21,113 nt of DNA from NCBI GenBank assembly GCA_964619725.1, contig CAZUFC010000133.1:1-21113 (forward strand), in the 5' to 3' direction. The stretch is from an uncultured bacterium. GTDB lineage: Bacteria; CSSED10-310; CAZUFC01. Under the pieces are notes generated by a model. The model had not been told where the DNA came from. It did no database searches and saw only the letters and a list, made by a program, of their open reading frames with translations. Below, one piece after another: positions 16,569 to 21,113 of the stretch. The position numbers and the translations under genes are program-made. How positions within the stretch are numbered: the stretch's first letter is position 1; each line of letters starts with the position of its first letter.

Positions 16569-18401
16569 GTGCGTTGTTATAATTGCTCCCCTTCAATTAT
16601 CTCCTGCACGCTGTCGGGTAACTGGTCTGACTGCGGAGGAGGCATCTCCTGTTATTTATCGCAAGCCGCAATCTCTTTCTGCGAAATTTCCGGTAATTCC
16701 GCTCAGGATGCCGCAGGCGGAATATATTGCACCGGCAGTTCCAGTCCCTCTATAGAAAATTGTTCGATCACATCGAACACTGTTTTTACAGGTGTCGGAG
16801 GAGGTATAGTATGCTCAGGAGAATCTGCTCCTGTAATCGGCGATGCTGAAGGCAGGGGAAACTCATTTGCTGAAAATAAAGCGGCAAAAGCCGGCATGGA
16901 CATATATGCCGATATTGTTCCGAACAGAGTCATTCCTGCACGCCATAACCATTTCGCCGGTTTTCACTTATCGGATTACTATGTATCGCCGCCGAAAGCC
17001 TTCGATCTGACTAATTGTTCTTCCGAATTGTCTCCTGTCGTTCAGGATGTATTTATAGCGCCTGACGGCGACGACGAAAACGCCGGACTCTCACCCGACG
17101 AACCCTTTTTGACCGTTCATCGGGCCCTGCGCTGCATCGGCGGCAACGAAAATAATCCGCTGATCGTTCACCTGGCCTGCGGCGTTTACTCCCCTTCCTT
17201 AACCGGCGAAGTATTCCCCCTGCCCTTGTTGCCGTTCGTCTCGCTCGAAGGAAAAAACGCCGCTTCGACTGTCCTGGATGCTGAACATACTTCTTCTGTC
17301 CTTTCAGTATACCATGACGACAATCTATTTATTCGAGGCCTTACAATATCCGGCGGATGCGGAATGTACGGCGGAGGCATCGAATGCTGCCGCTCCCGCC
17401 CCCAAATTTTCGACTGCACAATTACGCAAAATTCAGCTCGAATCAAAGGCGGAGGCATCTACAGTAATTTTTCCTCACCAGTAATCATGAATTGCACCTT
17501 ATCGGATAATTCATCCTGGCGTGACGGCGGCGCACTCTATTTCATCAATTCCGACTCCCCGCACATCATTAATTGCACGGCAGTCCATAATTCCTCTGAT
17601 GCTCAAATCGACGGCATCTTTGCCCTGTATTCTTCAATTCTCGCTCAGAACTGCATTCTCTGGAATAACCACCCTCGGCAAACAGGCGGATCGGAAAATT
17701 TGACGATTGAATATTCAGACGTCCAAGGCGGTTGCCCCGGTACGGGAAACATCAATTCCAATCCCCTTTTCTGCTCAGGACCCTGCGGCGATTTCTACCT
17801 GTCTCAAACAGCGGCCGGTCAATCCTTAAACAGCCCCTGCGCCGATTCAGGCAGTGAACAAGCCGGCGATATCTGTTTCGATGCCTTCTATCCCGACCTC
17901 TGCCTGGATGAATCAACCACCAGAACAGACCACAAGGGTGATTCCAACATCGTAGACATGGGTCGACATTATTTTCCAAATACCGCTACGCCCACTCCAG
18001 GCCTCTCCGTGACGCCCACAAACACTCCCGCGATAACTCAAACTATTCCGCCGCTCGGCGTTAAACTGGAACTATCTCAAAATCTCTTCGCCCCAGGCGA
18101 CGACTTCCTTCTCACCGCTGAAGCATCCAATCCCGGTCCCATCCCCCTGCTCTCCCAACCCCTGGTCGTTCTGCTGGATTGCTTCTCATACTATTACTGG
18201 CATCCCAACTGGACGGAACAATTCGATTATCAACCCGTCAACCTTTACATAGGCGTTCTCCAGTTGAAAATACTCGATTTTGTCTGGCCTTCCGTAACGG
18301 ATGAATCGTCCGGTATATTCATATACGCCGCCATGCTTAACCAAAGTTTCACGGATATAATCGGCGAATGGGACTCAGTCTCCTTCGCATGGACATACTG
18401 A
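16569..18401 (+). CDS. Right-handed parallel beta-helix repeat protein (DUF1565-like module, PT linker, C-terminal beta domain), probably 5'-truncated
   Basis: Repeated N.A..GGGI.C..SSP.I.NC.I..N units; G.D.N.G.S...PF.TV..AL and GEVFPL module; TATPTPGLSVTPTNTP linker; no signal peptide and the frame begins in the middle of a repeat. Confidence 0.8.
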   Translation: MRCYNCSPSIISCTLSGNWSDCGGGISCYLSQAAISFCEISGNSAQDAAGGIYCTGSSSPSIENCSITSNTVFTGVGGGIVCSGESAPVIGDAEGRGNSFAENKAAKAGMDIYADIVPNRVIPARHNHFAGFHLSDYYVSPPKAFDLTNCSSELSPVVQDVFIAPDGDDENAGLSPDEPFLTVHRALRCIGGNENNPLIVHLACGVYSPSLTGEVFPLPLLPFVSLEGKNAASTVLDAEHTSSVLSVYHDDNLFIRGLTISGGCGMYGGGIECCRSRPQIFDCTITQNSARIKGGGIYSNFSSPVIMNCTLSDNSSWRDGGALYFINSDSPHIINCTAVHNSSDAQIDGIFALYSSILAQNCILWNNHPRQTGGSENLTIEYSDVQGGCPGTGNINSNPLFCSGPCGDFYLSQTAAGQSLNSPCADSGSEQAGDICFDAFYPDLCLDESTTRTDHKGDSNIVDMGRHYFPNTATPTPGLSVTPTNTPAITQTIPPLGVKLELSQNLFAPGDDFLLTAEASNPGPIPLLSQPLVVLLDCFSYYYWHPNWTEQFDYQPVNLYIGVLQLKILDFVWPSVTDESSGIFIYAAMLNQSFTDIIGEWDSVSFAWTY

Positions 18402-18476
18402 ATTCCACTGGCGTCTTGAGACAGATAATTCTAAGGCTAACTTTCACATATCCTGACATTGAATGATAAAAGACTG

Positions 18477-18520
18477 GGGACTGATCAGACCGGGGTTACA
18501 CTTCTTTCAAAACTTTTTAC
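18477..18520 (+). repeat. 43/44-bp dispersed direct repeat, copy 2
   Basis: gggactgatcagaccggggttacacttctttcaaaactttttac. Confidence 0.8.
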
Positions 18521-18647
18521 TGATTGAAATCCCCCTTTAGAAATATTCACTTTTACCTACGCTTGATGCAATAGTTCAGTCGGGATATTTATCTGTACTG
18601 AATTTCCGATTGCGATACTTACGCCTGCGCCGATTGTTCTTCCCGAT

Positions 18648-18676
18648 TTGACTTGTATTTTGTTATTCCTTATAAC
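18648..18676 (+). promoter_or_regulatory. Candidate sigma70 promoter for the fibre gene
   Basis: TTGACT (18648-18653), 17-nt spacer, TATAAC (18671-18676). Confidence 0.6.
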
Positions 18677-18786
18677 CAAAAAAGCGATTGCGAGAATCAA
18701 CGACCTTTTTAAGCGTATTCGCCTGTCGCTCAATTGTATCTCAACTGTATTTCCCCAAAATCCTTTCATCTAAAGGAGGTTCTCTC

Positions 18787-21002
18787 ATGAATCACCGCTG
18801 TGCCGTTTTAATAATCCTCTCGATTGTATTGGGCAGCGCATCGGCAAAAGCCTTTTTCCCCAGATGATTAACTACCAGGGACAACTGACCGATTCCGTCA
18901 CCGGAGATGCGGTTGACGGCGTATATGATTTCACTTTTTCTCTGTATGATGTCGAAACCGGCGGAACTGAGCTTTGGACTGAAATGCATACCGGGTTGAC
19001 TGTCGATCTGGGGGTGTTTCATGTTAAACTGGGTTCGGAGCAGCCTTTCCCGCAGGAACTTCGTTTCGATGATGCCTATTGGCTGGAAATCATAATGGAT
19101 GACGGCGTCAATCCTCCGGAAATTTTTACGCCCAGGCAGCAACTGACGAGCGTCGGACAGGCGCTGGAAGCCAGAGACGTTTACGGACAGGATATTCATC
19201 CCCGAACCGTCAATATTACAGGATATGAAAAAGGTGAAGTGATTAATGAGTTCGGCGAATGGGTCGGACCTCCGTCAGGTCTGGTCGGTCCCACCGGGCC
19301 GCAGGGCGAAACAGGGACGACCGGACTGCAGGGCGATACCGGTTTGCCGGGACCGACCGGACCGACAGGCTACACAGGGACAACCGGACCTCAGGGCGAT
19401 ACAGGCCCCCTGGGACACCAGGGCGAAACCGGACCTACCGGCCCTGTCGGCGACACAGGAACGACAGGTCCCCGAGGTGAGACTGGTCCAGTCGGCCCTC
19501 AGGGCGACACTGGACCGCAAGGCCCTGCAGGCGGTGGTCTATGGCTGCAGAACTCGCCTCATATCTATTACAGCGACGGAAACGTCGGCGTCGGCACGAA
19601 TATCCCGACAGGGCAGCTCCATGTCTGGGAAACAACCTCGGAAGACATAGCCGTGTTTCAACGTGATGAAGGCGGAATAGTCGTCGTCGATCACGTGGGA
19701 AAACTGGCCGTCGGCACGACCGTTCCCGCCGAAATGCTCCATATTGAACATGTCCTGGACCCTACCATTCGATTGGACGACGGCGACGGCAGCCTCTTTG
19801 AAATCAGAGGCGGAACCAACAGCCGAAATGCAGAAATAGGAACGTTAGGCAACGATTCATTGAGGATCATAACCAACGGGCAGTCCCGGGTCGGCATACC
19901 CTGGGAAGGCGGTATGTGCATCGGGCAAAATTACGTAAACTACCAGCCTCCGCCGGACGGACTGATCGTTGAAGGCAATGTCGCAATCGGAGCAACCGGC
20001 ACGAACCACAAATTGCAGATCAACGGCGATGTATCCGTCAACGGCGGCAACCTCTATCTTGATGAAAACTATACCATCCGCTTCAACGGAATCGGTTCCG
20101 AACATAAAATCTTCAGAGACGGCTCAACACCCGGACTCATGGTTACCGATGAAGCGCTCAAATTCGTCGGCTCCATCGGCAGCAACAAGGAAAGAGGTTT
20201 CGTCTTCGCCGACTTCAGCGATAACCCCAAGCTGGAAATCGGTCAGGACGGCACAGTCTATATACCCGGAAAATTAGGCTTGCGGACAGCGAACCCGGAA
20301 AATACTCTTACCGTTGCAGGTACGCTCGAAACCACCGGCAACGCCGGGATCGGAGATTCCCCGGACAGATACCCCTGGAACGACGGTTATGACGTCCTTA
20401 TGGTTACGCCCGTACTGGCCCTGGCCGGTGAAAACGGCGCCAACGGCGACAGAAACACTTATATCGCTCAGAATATGTACTTCAACCAGGATGACGAATG
20501 GGTGCACATGATGCAGGATGAAGCCTCCATGATCCAGTTCCGCGCCGGTACTCTCCGCTTTTACACCGATACCTCCGGCACAGGAGTATTCTCTCCCTCG
20601 GAAAGAATGCGTATCGATGCTCAAGGCAATATCGGAATAGGTACGACGAATCCCACAACCGGCTATAAGCTGGACGTCATTGGAGATATTCGCTGCCAGA
20701 ACCTGACTCAATATTCCTCCAGAGAATACAAAGAAAATATCCGTAATCTCAGCGTCCAGGAAGCTCATAACGCCCTGCGGCGCATGAATCCGGCTAAATT
20801 CAACTTTAAAAACGACAAGCAGGACGAAAGAGTAGGCTTCATCGCTGAAGAACTCCCCGAACTGGTCGCTCTACCCGATAAAAAAGGAGTCAACGCCCTG
20901 GATATTATAGCCGTGCTTACCAAAGTCGTGCAAAATCAGGAAAAACGACTCCAGGACCAGGAAACAGAAATTGAAATGCTCAAAGAAGCGCTGATGCCCT
21001 GA
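18787..21002 (+). CDS. Secreted tail-fibre-like trimeric protein with collagen repeats and C-terminal peptidase S74 chaperone; frameshift after the signal peptide
   Basis: Main ORF 18864-21002: INYQG.LTD N-domain, 28 G-X-Y triplets (19278-19529), GNVG(V/I)GT fibre repeats, SSREYKENI...GFIAEEL S74 domain and terminal coiled coil. AAGGAGGT RBS, ATG 18787 and the signal peptide lie in a different frame. Confidence 0.85.
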
Positions 21003-21061
21003 GAGAAAAGAAAAAATATTTACCGGGTTAATGGCTTACGGTTTTTTATGGTTATTGGTGA

Positions 21062-21102
21062 CCTCACCCCCCGGCCCCCTCTCCATGAATGGAGAGGGGG
21101 AG
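21062..21102. repeat. REP-like hairpin
   Basis: cctcaccccccgg-CCCCCTCTCC-atgaat-GGAGAGGGGG-ag. Confidence 0.65.
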
Positions 21103-21113
21103 TAAGATTGGGT

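Noticed and set aside
19246..20768. Several alternative-frame and antisense ORFs over the fibre gene
   Set aside because: Shadow ORFs caused by GC-rich collagen and Gly codons.
18787..21002. Prophage call based on the tail-fibre domain
   Set aside because: No capsid, terminase, integrase or other phage genes are in the window, and the gene has a signal peptide.

Overview
Bacterial chromosomal accessory region with an unusually high density of short non-autonomous mobile elements and no transposase in the window. Left to right: the 5' end of an excisionase-like HTH gene; a minus-strand run of membrane-anchored or exported proteins (SGNH hydrolase, ADP-ribosylglycohydrolase family, MORN-type repeat protein); an AAA_14/DUF4143 ATPase split by a 205-bp insertion with a 6-bp target duplication; and a two-gene ATP citrate lyase (420-aa beta, long 920-aa alpha, type II-like) bracketed by inverted copies of a 179-bp MITE, with a third copy at 12.4 kb. 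These are followed by a putative lipoprotein; an unannotated 26-aa membrane peptide; a secreted protein with a bacteriocin-like C-terminal peptide behind a candidate sigma54 promoter; an RRM protein; a stand-alone condensation-domain acyltransferase; a 5'-truncated beta-helix protein; and a collagen/peptidase-S74 fibre protein whose signal peptide is out of frame at a TTTTTCCCC slippery site. All calls come from reading motifs by eye; no database searches were run.
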